A stretch of 64,000 bases of DNA from Candidatus Sulfomarinibacteraceae bacterium. GTDB taxonomy: Bacteria > Acidobacteriota > Thermoanaerobaculia > Thermoanaerobaculales > Sulfomarinibacteraceae. The notes beneath the pieces were generated by a model. That model saw only the letters and a program-made list of their open reading frames with translations, did no database searches and had not been told where the DNA came from. Where the stretch lies: NCBI GenBank assembly GCA_963796455.1, contig CAWCLO010000002.1, forward strand, positions 64,001-128,000, read 5' to 3'. Shown piece by piece: positions 27,607-36,821 of the stretch (position 1 is the first letter of the stretch; every line of letters begins with the position of its first letter). A program made the translations under genes and the position numbers.

Positions 27607-28551
27607 CTAGCGGATAAACTCCAGCTCGCCCATATTCGATGAGGTGGAGAAACGCAGGACCGGGAGCTCGGACTCGTCCTCTCCATCGAGCTTGGTGTCG
27701 TGGCGGCCGAGACCGCGGATGATCACATCCCGCGGCAGCTGCACGCTGACCCCACCCATGCTCTGCGAGATGTCGATCTCGGCGTCGCGCTGCCAGACGC
27801 CGCTCAGATCGAGGTGGCCGCCGCCCATGGAGAAGCCTGCCTCGAGGACCCTCGGCGATGCGTTGGCCACACCCTCGACGGCGCCGCCGCCCTGGGTGAA
27901 GTCGATGCCGAGATAATCCATCGGGGCGTGGAGCGGTTCGGAGATCTCCACCGCACCGCCGCCCTGGAGGAAGCTGATGTCGGCGTTGGTCAGCCACAGA
28001 CCGCCGAGTTCGACCTCGGCGCCGCCCTGGAGCACATCGAGTTCGAGATCGTAGGGAACGTCGAGGGGGAGGTAGATCTTGACCCTGGGTTTGCTGCCGC
28101 CGAGCATTTCTTTGAGGACGGCCATCAGATATGAATCGGAGGTACGGCGGAAGCCCACTTCATAGACCCAGCCCTCGTCACCTTCCTCGAAGGACTGTGA
28201 GAGCTCGTAGTCGTTGACATCGAACTCGGCCTTGACCTCGAGGGGGTCGCCGGGCTGTGCCGGTCGGATGGTGAAGACGGTGTTGCGCAGATCGAGCACC
28301 ACCCGGCCCGCGGGCCCTTCCGGCGCCACAAACTCCGAGGGGACCTCGGCGGGCCCGTCCTCGATTCCGATGGGCTCCTGATGAGTGAGAATCTGACGCA
28401 GTTCCTGTTTTTCGATTTCCTGGTTCTGCACGCTCGACCACGCAAAGCCGAAGATCAGCCCGAAGAGCACGAGCACGAGGATCAGCAGCCCCAGACACCC
28501 CAGGCAACCGAACTTGAAGACTTTTCCACATCCGCTTTTCTGCTCAGCCAT
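27607..28551 (-). CDS. Membrane-anchored hypothetical protein with DUF4097/LiaF-like beta-solenoid repeats
   Basis: GC-GCLGCLG N-terminal TM; repeated xxGGxxxL beta motifs (LQGGAEV, LQGGGAV, TQGGGAV, SMGGGHL, SMGGVSV). Confidence 0.6.
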   Translation of the reverse strand: MAEQKSGCGKVFKFGCLGCLGLLILVLVLFGLIFGFAWSSVQNQEIEKQELRQILTHQEPIGIEDGPAEVPSEFVAPEGPAGRVVLDLRNTVFTIRPAQPGDPLEVKAEFDVNDYELSQSFEEGDEGWVYEVGFRRTSDSYLMAVLKEMLGGSKPRVKIYLPLDVPYDLELDVLQGGAEVELGGLWLTNADISFLQGGGAVEISEPLHAPMDYLGIDFTQGGGAVEGVANASPRVLEAGFSMGGGHLDLSGVWQRDAEIDISQSMGGVSVQLPRDVIIRGLGRHDTKLDGEDESELPVLRFSTSSNMGELEFIR

Positions 28552-28659
28552 GCCCGAACCTCCGCGCTGCGATCAGAGTTCTGTCATTAAGGTACACGAA
28601 TGTTCGGCTGCTTTGGTTCACGGAGGGCTTTGATAGGATGGCGGTCTGCGGACACTGAG

Positions 28660-29191
28660 GTGAAAATCCCAGGCAATCTGCCCCTGCCGGTCACCATTGA
28701 GAATCGGGCGCGGTACCGCCGCCTGCGCCGCGATATCGGACTGATCGCGGTCGACCTCCTCTTTCTCTCTTCGGTGCTGGACCTTTCCATTCAAGGGTCG
28801 CTGCAACTCATCTCCCGCGGCCGCTCCGCTCCCACAGTCAAGTGCGTCAATTGTTGTGGTGGTGATTGCCACTGCACCGGTTCGTGCTGCGCCGACTCGC
28901 ATGTCCTCGTCGAGGAGAACAAGGAGCCGCCGGCCGATTCGGCAGGGCCGGCTCTATCGCGAACAACCGCATTGACCCGCCAGAAGGACTGTGACGGCGG
29001 GTACGTCCTCCCGACCGTTTCGGGGGTCTCGCAATATCGCGCTGCCCGCAGGTGATGGAGTGCGGGCCGCCCCCTCAGAACACGATCGCCTCCGTCTGAT
29101 CGTCTGGGTCAAACAGGCATCCTCTTTTGATGCTTCGAATACCTCGCCGCGGGGCCCACCTGCAGATCCTTTCCGCTCCCTCGAAATCTGA
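28660..29191 (+). CDS. Putative DUF2946/CruR-like Cys-rich leader peptide ending in PRGPP (one apparent frameshift near 29022-29026)
   Basis: Hydrophobic segment, then CVNCCGGDCHCTGSCC in one frame and SPRGPP (RGPP 29150-29161) in the +1 frame; immediately upstream of the copper receptor. Start uncertain. Confidence 0.55.
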
Positions 29192-29275
29192 ATCGATTTC
29201 CACGCCGCACGAATCGGTGCGCCTTTTGATGAGGGGCGCCCGGAATGTGGCCGCTGTTTGTGGGAGGAGGACCCA

Positions 29276-31429
29276 TTGAAATCCATGTTGCACATGGTCA
29301 TTGTCTTCTTGATCATCTCGGCTCCCGTGTGGGCCGGTGAACCAACCCGGGATGACGATAAGAAACCTGCGATTCCGGAAGCGGATGCTGCAGCCGATAA
29401 TCCGGGTGATCCTGGCAAGGCGCCGACCGTTCGCGCCTCTATCGACGTCACTGCCAGGCTCCCGGATTCACCTGCGGTCACCGTGCTCGGAGGTGATCGA
29501 TTGGACAACCTACCGCCAAAGGACGCCGGTGATCTTCTCCGGGTGGCGCCGGGTGTGAGCTCCGGCCGCATGGGCGGCCACGGTCTCGATCCTCGGGTGC
29601 GAGGTCTTGGTGAGGGCAGCATCCGGATCCTGCTCGACGGTGCCGAAATCCACGGCGGGTGTCCGAACCGGATGGATCCACCCTCGTCCTTTGCCGCCGT
29701 CGAAGCATTTGATCGAGTGACTGTGGTCCGGGGTGTCCAGACCCTGCGTTACGGCACCGCGGTCGGCACGGTGCTTTTTGAAAAGGATCCCGTGCGCTTT
29801 CTCGACGACAGCTGGTGGCGGGCCGGCGTCAACCTGGCGGGAGGCACCTACAACAACGGCCCGGCGATCGGTGTCAATGCTTCATTCGGAAGCTCGAAGT
29901 TTTCGGTCGAGGCCGGTGGTGACCAACTGAATATGGAGAGCTACTCCGACGGTGACGGTGAGGTCGTGCCCTCGGCCTACGACAGCCGCAACGCTTCCCT
30001 GGCCCTTGGTTGGACCCCGGATGCGATGACCTCCCTCAGCATTTCCTACCAGGCCAACCGAACCCGGGATGCACTCTATGCCGGAGCAGGCATGGACAGT
30101 CCTTTCTCGGACAACGATGCGATCCGGCTCAAGTTCCGGCGTGGAGCGGGGTCCGGTGTGCTCGGCGAGATTGCCGCCGATGTCTATCGCAGCGATGTGA
30201 AACACCTGATGGACAATTATTCGTTGCGGGAGTGGACGGCGCCGATGGCGATGCGAGCTCCCAGCACCTCCGACTCCACGGGCGGCCGAATCTGGAGCGA
30301 CCTTGTTGTTGCACCAAAGCTGGAACTCACCGTAGGCCTCGATATCGCTCGCAACCAGAGGCAGGCACTGCGTTTTGCCGGACCCAACCCCGGCACGGTC
30401 GAGATGCTGCAATCGGTGTTGTGGCCTGATGTGGACCTCAATCAAGGTGGTTTGCTGCTCGAGGGCGCCTATCTTTTGCGCGGCAACAGCAGGCTTCGCT
30501 TTGGTCTGCGTGGCGATCGCCATTCGGCGTCAGCCGCCGCCGCGGATCTCAAACCCGCTGGGATGAACCTGACCCCGCGGGCGCTCTGGGAGAGCTACTA
30601 CGAATTGGTGGATGACCGCTGGGACAAGACTGCCCTGGGTGGTTTCGTCCGGTGGGAACAGCAGTTGGAAGAAACCGGTTTCGGGTTCTTTGTCGGTCTG
30701 AGCCGGACCGCCCGCGCGGCCGACACCACCCAGCGCTATATGGCGGCCAACAGCGGCAACCCGGGGCTGCGCTGGATCGGCAACCCGAATCTCGATGCGG
30801 CCGTTCACAACCAACTCGATGCGGGTCTGAGCTGGTCCGGCCCCAAGCACACCGCGGATGTCACTGTATTTTTTGACGATGTGGAAGACGAGATCCTGCG
30901 CGACCGGGCGCACGGACAGGATGGCATCCTCAAGAATGACAACGCCACCATCTATCGCAACATCGAGGCCAGACGAACAGGTGTGGAACTCGTGGCCCAA
31001 TGGCGATTGGGCTCCGGGGTCACCCTCGGTGGTGATGCCGCGTTTGTGTATGCGCAGAACACGACCGACGACCGGCCCATCGCGCAGACGCCGCCCTTCG
31101 AGGGCAGCCTCTTCGCCGGCTGGTCGAGTGCCATCTTGAGCGCCACGGGCACGGTGCGGTGGGCGTCCCTACAGACCCGGGTCGATGACAATCCTCTGAC
31201 CGGAAGTGGGCTCGACAGCGGCGAGACACCAGGGTGGGCGATCCTCGACCTTTCCGGGTCGTGGGACGCCGGGGCGGGTTTCAGGTTGATCGCCGGCATC
31301 GACAACACCTTCGACCGGACCTATGCGTACCACCTCAACCGCGACGATTTTTTCGACCCGGTGAGGATTCAGATCAACGAACCGGGGCGTACGTTCTGGC
31401 TTCGTGTCGGATGGACCGGAGGCAACTGA
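29276..31429 (+). CDS. oprC: TonB-dependent copper receptor (OprC/NosA-like)
   Basis: CxxxM (GGCPNRMDPP) and HxM (KHLMDNYSLR) copper motifs; C-terminal NEPGRTFWL; TTG after GGAGGAGG. Confidence 0.85.
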   Translation: MKSMLHMVIVFLIISAPVWAGEPTRDDDKKPAIPEADAAADNPGDPGKAPTVRASIDVTARLPDSPAVTVLGGDRLDNLPPKDAGDLLRVAPGVSSGRMGGHGLDPRVRGLGEGSIRILLDGAEIHGGCPNRMDPPSSFAAVEAFDRVTVVRGVQTLRYGTAVGTVLFEKDPVRFLDDSWWRAGVNLAGGTYNNGPAIGVNASFGSSKFSVEAGGDQLNMESYSDGDGEVVPSAYDSRNASLALGWTPDAMTSLSISYQANRTRDALYAGAGMDSPFSDNDAIRLKFRRGAGSGVLGEIAADVYRSDVKHLMDNYSLREWTAPMAMRAPSTSDSTGGRIWSDLVVAPKLELTVGLDIARNQRQALRFAGPNPGTVEMLQSVLWPDVDLNQGGLLLEGAYLLRGNSRLRFGLRGDRHSASAAAADLKPAGMNLTPRALWESYYELVDDRWDKTALGGFVRWEQQLEETGFGFFVGLSRTARAADTTQRYMAANSGNPGLRWIGNPNLDAAVHNQLDAGLSWSGPKHTADVTVFFDDVEDEILRDRAHGQDGILKNDNATIYRNIEARRTGVELVAQWRLGSGVTLGGDAAFVYAQNTTDDRPIAQTPPFEGSLFAGWSSAILSATGTVRWASLQTRVDDNPLTGSGLDSGETPGWAILDLSGSWDAGAGFRLIAGIDNTFDRTYAYHLNRDDFFDPVRIQINEPGRTFWLRVGWTGGN

Positions 31430-31438
31430 GCATCCGAA

Positions 31439-32832
31439 TCACATCGGAAAAAAGGCCACCAACAGACCGATGATGGAGAAGAGAATCAGAAAGGGGACGA
31501 AGTAGAAACCGACCACATCGCGGGCCTGGATCTTCAGGCCCACGCCCATCACCGGCAGGACGATCAGCAAGAAAAATGGTTGCAGCAAATTGGTCAGCGA
31601 CTCGCCATATGCCACGGACATCGCGACCCGCGCGACATGGGCGTTGAGAGCCTCAGCGGTCGTGGCCCCCGACAGCTCGCGGGCGGCCTCCACGAGCGGC
31701 GGCCCGATGACCGCCCACTCTCCGCCGGCCGAAGGAATCGAGAAATTGACCGCTCCGCCCAGGAGGAACGCCGCCACGGGCAAGGTCTTGAGAGTTACCA
31801 CCGAAGCCATCCATGCTGCGATCGCCTTGCCCAGGCCGGTAGCCATCATGATCCCCATGATGCCGGCATAAAAGGGGTACTGGAATACAATTCCCGAAAT
31901 ATTGGCGCAGGCACGGCCCATGACCACGACGTAGCGTATCGGGGTGCGGTGGAGCATCATGCCGAAGATCAGGAACATGAAGATCATGAGGTTGAGGTTG
32001 AGGTCGAATCCGTTCCGCGCAAAATGAAGGACGATATAGATCAGACCCATGGCGACGACCACCATCAACGGAATCGGACTGTTGTTGAGAGCATCGGATG
32101 GGGTCGGCTCGGGAGCCTGAGGGCCGCTGCCTCCTCGGCCACCGTTGATTGGTGTTCTGTGTCTGTCTCTGTGCGGAGATCGTCCATCTCGATCGGCTCG
32201 GACCGGGGGCGGAGAAACCACATGATGAGCGGGGCACCGATCAGGTAGACGGCCATGACCGTCAGATTCAAGGGACTGCCGAGGGTCTGGGTGACGGGTA
32301 TCGTGGTCGACAGCAGCCCGGCTTCGATCAAGAAATTTCCCGGGGTATTGAGCAGCAGCGGGATCGAGCTCGAAAGCCCGGCGACCCACGCGCCGCTCGA
32401 GAAAAAGGCGCAGGCCACCAGGAATGGATAGTGGATACCTCGCACCCTGATGGCCAGTTCCCGGCCGAGCACCGCCGTCAACACCAGCCAGCCCCAGCTC
32501 ACCAGAACAAGGGGGCCGCCAAGCAGCAGGACCGTCAGATAGACCTGGCCCGGTTTGGTGATCTTTTGCGCGATCCGGTCGATCAGGTGGGCGACGGGTG
32601 GCGAGAGGGCGACGGCATAACCGGTGGCGAGGATCAGAATGACCTGCATCCCGAACTCGAGCAACAACCAAAAGCCTTCATACCAGCCCGAGAGCACGTC
32701 CAGTGGGCCAGCTCCCACCCAGACCATCGCGATGACACCGGTGATGATGGTCAAGAGAACGGCAAAGACAAAGGGGTCGGGTAACCACCTTTTGATCAAT
32801 TCTGTACTGCGAATTGCAAGGCGTGCGATCAC
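31439..32832 (-). CDS. atoE: Short-chain fatty acid transporter (AtoE family); one apparent frameshift near 32111
   Basis: WLPDPFVFA..LT, GFW.LLEFGMQ, FQYPFYAGIMG, PSAGGEW, YGESLTNLLQPF; split across ORFs 32065-32946 and 31439-32671. Confidence 0.82.
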
Positions 32833-33014
32833 TAGGGGACCTCTTTCAGGATTGATATGTCGTGTGCGCGACATCATAGACTGATCGACGGCCGGGAGCA
32901 AAATACGGGTCGTGAATCCGACGTCCGGTGGGTGTTGACGATACAATCGTCGGGTAGGACATCAAGACACCGGTCGCGAGAGGCGCAGAATGATGCGGGC
33001 TGGGGGAGAGGACC

Positions 33015-33296
33015 ATGGACGACGAACGGCGAGGCAAAACACGCACCCCAGATATTCGTTATGTCAAATTGGTCGTAAGCAAAGACAACGGTGAGGAAAG
33101 GGTCTACCCCCTGATTCTCCGTGATGTCAGCAACGAGGGTGTCGGTGCGATGTTCATCGGCAGCGACGCGGTCGATGCGAGCCGCGAGTACGTGTTGAGA
33201 GTCTCTGACGGCAAGGAGCGGCGCGTCCGCATCGTCTGGACCAAACAGGTTGCCGAGTTGGTCCACATTCTTGGGATGAAGTTCACTGACAACTGA
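33015..33296 (+). CDS. Stand-alone PilZ-like domain protein (paralog B)
   Basis: 93 aa; RGKTR and DVSNEG motifs; ungapped alignment to 23445-23726. Confidence 0.7.
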   Translation: MDDERRGKTRTPDIRYVKLVVSKDNGEERVYPLILRDVSNEGVGAMFIGSDAVDASREYVLRVSDGKERRVRIVWTKQVAELVHILGMKFTDN

Positions 33297-33347
33297 GAGG
33301 AACCGAGGTTTTGGTTCACGTTCTGGCCGATTTTGACCTCGTCTAAA

Positions 33348-33438
33348 ACGCAAAGACGCAGAGACGCAAAGATTCCGCGAAGCTTGTTTCTTGACAAGGG
33401 TCAGAGAACATCTTTGCGCCCTTCGCGCCTTCGCGGTT
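33348..33438. repeat. Inverted short tandem arrays (ACGCARAG x3 ... CTTyGCG x3)
   Basis: 33348-33371 faces 33412-33438 between convergent genes. Confidence 0.7.
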
Positions 33439-33494
33439 CTCATGGTGCTGAAGTCGGAGTGGGCTTTCGACCACCTCCTTCTTCCATGTTGTCG

Positions 33495-36400
33495 TCAATC
33501 GTTTTCCCGGGCGAGGTCCGCCTCGGCGGCAATGTGGCCGAAGGCGGCCCAGCTGTCCTGGGCGATGATGGCTTCGAGCATCGCGGTGCCGCCCTCGACA
33601 TCACCGTTTTCGAGTTTCCAGTTGGCAAGCCCATAGGCGACGGCCGCGTTCGACGGCGCATCGCCGTTTTCTGAATTGAAATCAGTCACATCGAGCTCGC
33701 CCTTGTAGAGCAGACAGAGCCGCTGGTAGGCGGTGTTCTCGATCATCTCCATGTCGGGGTTGATGGCTGCAACGACCTCCGCCGCTTCCTCATCGCGGTC
33801 GAGTCGCCTCAGCGCCATATAGAGCCAGTGGCTGAAGGCGACCCGCATGTCGTCGTTGGCCGAAACCTCGAGCCCCTGGTGATAAGCGTCCACTGCGCGC
33901 TCGGAGTTGCCGTCGAGGTAGTAGCCCAGACCGAGGTGGTACCAGATATTGGTGTGCAGGCTGGAGACCGGGATACCGCGGGCGTTCGGCATACCATCGG
34001 GCTCGATCCGGTCCTCGGTCCCCTCGATCAGCCAGGCGGCGTGTTCGAAATCGGCGATGGCGCTCTCGAGTTGCCGGGTGGAAATATAGCGGTGGCCCCG
34101 GTGGCGGTAGAGGCGGGCGTCTTCGGGATGAATTTCGATCCCCGCCGAGAAGATCCGGATCGCATTCTGATAGTCACCGAGGTAGGCGGCGCGCCGGCCG
34201 TACCAGATGATGGCATCGGCGTCCTCGGGCTTGGCTTCAAAGTTGGCCTTGGCTGCTTCGAAGGCGGCGAGGGCCTCGGGCCCGGGCGCCGCGGGGTAGA
34301 GCGCCTCGCCCAGGAACGATGTCGCCTGAGCTGTTTTTTCGGTCCGCATGGGTTTGGGCCCCGGTTCCAGGTGCTCCTCGAGATAGTTGGTCAGCAGCGT
34401 GTAGACGTGCATGGTGGTGCCCTCTCCCTCACGGATGCCGTGACTGCGGTTTGGATAGGCCATCATGTCGAACTGTTTGCCCTCGTCGATGAGTTTGTTC
34501 ACCAGCATCTCGAGATTCTGATAGTGGACATTGTCGTCACCGGTGCCGTGGATCAGCAGAAGATCGCCCTCCAGTTTGCCGGCGTGGTTGATGGGTGAGC
34601 CCTCGAAAAACCCATCCGGGTTGCCTTCGGGCAAACCCATATAACGTTCCTGGTAGACGGTGTCATAGAGTTTCTGGTCGGCGACGAAAGCCACCGCCAT
34701 TCCCATCGAATAGATCTCCGGGTAGCGGAAGAGCGCATTCAAAGTCATGGTGCCGCCGCCACTCCAACCCCAGGAACCGATGCGGTCCGGATCAATGAAG
34801 GGGAATTTTTCGATCATTGCCCGGACGCCGGCGGCCTGATCGGCCGAGGCGAGGATCCCGATCTGGCCGTAGACTGATTTGCGCCACTCTCGCCCGCGCG
34901 GCGCCGGGGTGCCGCGGTTGTCGAGACTCGCCACCAGATAGCCGTGCTGGGCGAGCATGAAATACCAGGCGTTGCCGCTGCGCCCCCAGTTGTTCATGAC
35001 GGTCTGACCCGCCGGTTCGCCGTAGACGAAGATCAGGAGGGGATAACTCTTGGAGGGATCAAAATCCGGTGGCGTGATCATCCAGCCGTCGACCTCCACA
35101 TCACCGATATCGACCCGGAAGTCCCGGATCGGCGCCTTGTCGATCAATGACAATGCCTCCTCGATCTCGGCGTTGTCCTCGAGTACCTTGGCCACGTGGT
35201 GACCCTCCAGGGTCACCACCTCGGTGATGGGGACCTGGTTGCGCGAGGACCAGCTGTGGATGGCCCACATTGCGTCGGGCGAAACCTGGTAGCGGTGGAC
35301 GCCGGGTCCCTCGGGTGTTACCCGCTCGAGACCGCCGGATCCATCGAGGCGTGTGCGATAGAGGGCACGGCTGGTGGGGTCATCCGGGGAAGCCAGGACG
35401 TAGGCCCATCCGCCGGCCTCATCGATCCGGGCCAACCCGGTCACGTCGTAGTCGCCGTCGGTCACCAGGCGGATATCTTCGCCTGATCTGGAGACGACAT
35501 AGAGATGGCGCCAGCCGTCGCGTTCGGAGAGCCAGGTGAAGGCGGAGCCGTCAGCCAACCACTCAGGGTCGTCAAACATGTCGATCCAGGCGTCGTCGCG
35601 ATCGGTGAAAACGGTCTCCAGGTTCCCGGTCGAGACCGTGCCGAGCATCAGATCGGCGGTGTTCTGGAGGCGGTTGAGGCGTATCAGCCAGATCTGGTCA
35701 TCACTCTCGGCCCATCCCATTTTGGGGATGTAGTAGTTGTTCGATTTGCCGTCGGGTTCGAACCACGTGGTCTCACCACCTTCGCTCGGGATGACACCGA
35801 CCCGGACGGCGGAGTTGGTGGTTCCCACCTTTGGGTAGGGCAGGGGGGTGAGCTCGGGGTAGATATTGATCGTGTTGTTGATGAGGTTGAAGGTCCCGAC
35901 GCCCTCGGAGTCGAACTGCCAGTAGGCGATGCGGCGGCCGTCGGGGCTGAAACGAAATGCGTCGCGAAGTCCGAACTCCTCCTCGTAGACCCAGTCCGAG
36001 GTGCCGTTGATGATGAACTCGTTCTCGTCTGCGGTCAGCCGGGTCACCTCCATGGTGGCGAGGTCTTGCGCAAATAGATCCTTGGTGGGGTAGTCGACCC
36101 ATGCGACGCGGCTGTTGTCGGGTGAGACTTTGGCAAACATCATCATCGATTCTTGAGCCTCAACGCCGAGTTGCTTCAGCTCGTAGTCGGCGAGGCGAAG
36201 AAGCCAATAGTCACCGCGCGTGTTTTGGCGCCAGACCCTTTCGGTATTGGTGAAGATCAGGAGCCGGGTGCCGTCTTCGGACCAGATGTAATCGCTGATG
36301 GTGAGCGGATCCTCGCCATCCGCCGGCACCAGTCTGGCGGCCGAAACCAGGACTGTTCGCTCTCCAGAGGCCGGTTCGTAGAGCACGATGTCCTTGGCCT

Positions 36401-36623
36401 CGTCGAAACCCTCGCTCTTTTCGAGGGTGGTGTAACCGGAGCCGTCCTCGAGCCACCGCGCGGGCCCGAAACTCGCAGCCTGGAACTCCAGGTCTTCATA
36501 GATCCGTTCAAGAGTGAGCTTGGACGGATCCGCCACTTCTTCCGCGGTCAGGGCGACCGGTGCCGAGAAAAGCAGACCGACCACGATCCAGAGTGAACAT
36601 TGCTTGAACTCGTTTCTGGTCAT
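33495..36623 (-). CDS. Dipeptidyl peptidase IV (S9B) with C-terminal TPR domain
   Basis: NGTSDWVYEEEF, GWSGGG, HGTGDDNVH, RSH triad; then TPR helices (YRHRGHRYI, IWYHLGLGYY). Confidence 0.9.
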   Translation of the reverse strand: MTRNEFKQCSLWIVVGLLFSAPVALTAEEVADPSKLTLERIYEDLEFQAASFGPARWLEDGSGYTTLEKSEGFDEAKDIVLYEPASGERTVLVSAARLVPADGEDPLTISDYIWSEDGTRLLIFTNTERVWRQNTRGDYWLLRLADYELKQLGVEAQESMMMFAKVSPDNSRVAWVDYPTKDLFAQDLATMEVTRLTADENEFIINGTSDWVYEEEFGLRDAFRFSPDGRRIAYWQFDSEGVGTFNLINNTINIYPELTPLPYPKVGTTNSAVRVGVIPSEGGETTWFEPDGKSNNYYIPKMGWAESDDQIWLIRLNRLQNTADLMLGTVSTGNLETVFTDRDDAWIDMFDDPEWLADGSAFTWLSERDGWRHLYVVSRSGEDIRLVTDGDYDVTGLARIDEAGGWAYVLASPDDPTSRALYRTRLDGSGGLERVTPEGPGVHRYQVSPDAMWAIHSWSSRNQVPITEVVTLEGHHVAKVLEDNAEIEEALSLIDKAPIRDFRVDIGDVEVDGWMITPPDFDPSKSYPLLIFVYGEPAGQTVMNNWGRSGNAWYFMLAQHGYLVASLDNRGTPAPRGREWRKSVYGQIGILASADQAAGVRAMIEKFPFIDPDRIGSWGWSGGGTMTLNALFRYPEIYSMGMAVAFVADQKLYDTVYQERYMGLPEGNPDGFFEGSPINHAGKLEGDLLLIHGTGDDNVHYQNLEMLVNKLIDEGKQFDMMAYPNRSHGIREGEGTTMHVYTLLTNYLEEHLEPGPKPMRTEKTAQATSFLGEALYPAAPGPEALAAFEAAKANFEAKPEDADAIIWYGRRAAYLGDYQNAIRIFSAGIEIHPEDARLYRHRGHRYISTRQLESAIADFEHAAWLIEGTEDRIEPDGMPNARGIPVSSLHTNIWYHLGLGYYLDGNSERAVDAYHQGLEVSANDDMRVAFSHWLYMALRRLDRDEEAAEVVAAINPDMEMIENTAYQRLCLLYKGELDVTDFNSENGDAPSNAAVAYGLANWKLENGDVEGGTAMLEAIIAQDSWAAFGHIAAEADLAREND

Positions 36624-36821
36624 TCCAACCCCCCGGTGCGGCGCGGTGTCCCGATTCCAGGTCAACAGCGCCGGTGTCGCGATGATCTCACGATCGCGAG
36701 GCGGTGTCGCGGGGATGAGGCGGCGCAGCGAATCACAGCTGCCGATGAGTCGTCTCAAAATCTCCTGTTGCTGAGCTATGCTTCACCTTGAGGGCGGACC
36801 TCGGGTCCAAAGGGGGAAGAC

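Noticed and set aside
29053..29055. Selenocysteine read-through of the Cys-rich ORF
   Set aside because: The UGA is not in a redox motif, read-through hits another stop soon after, and the RGPP tail lies in a different frame.
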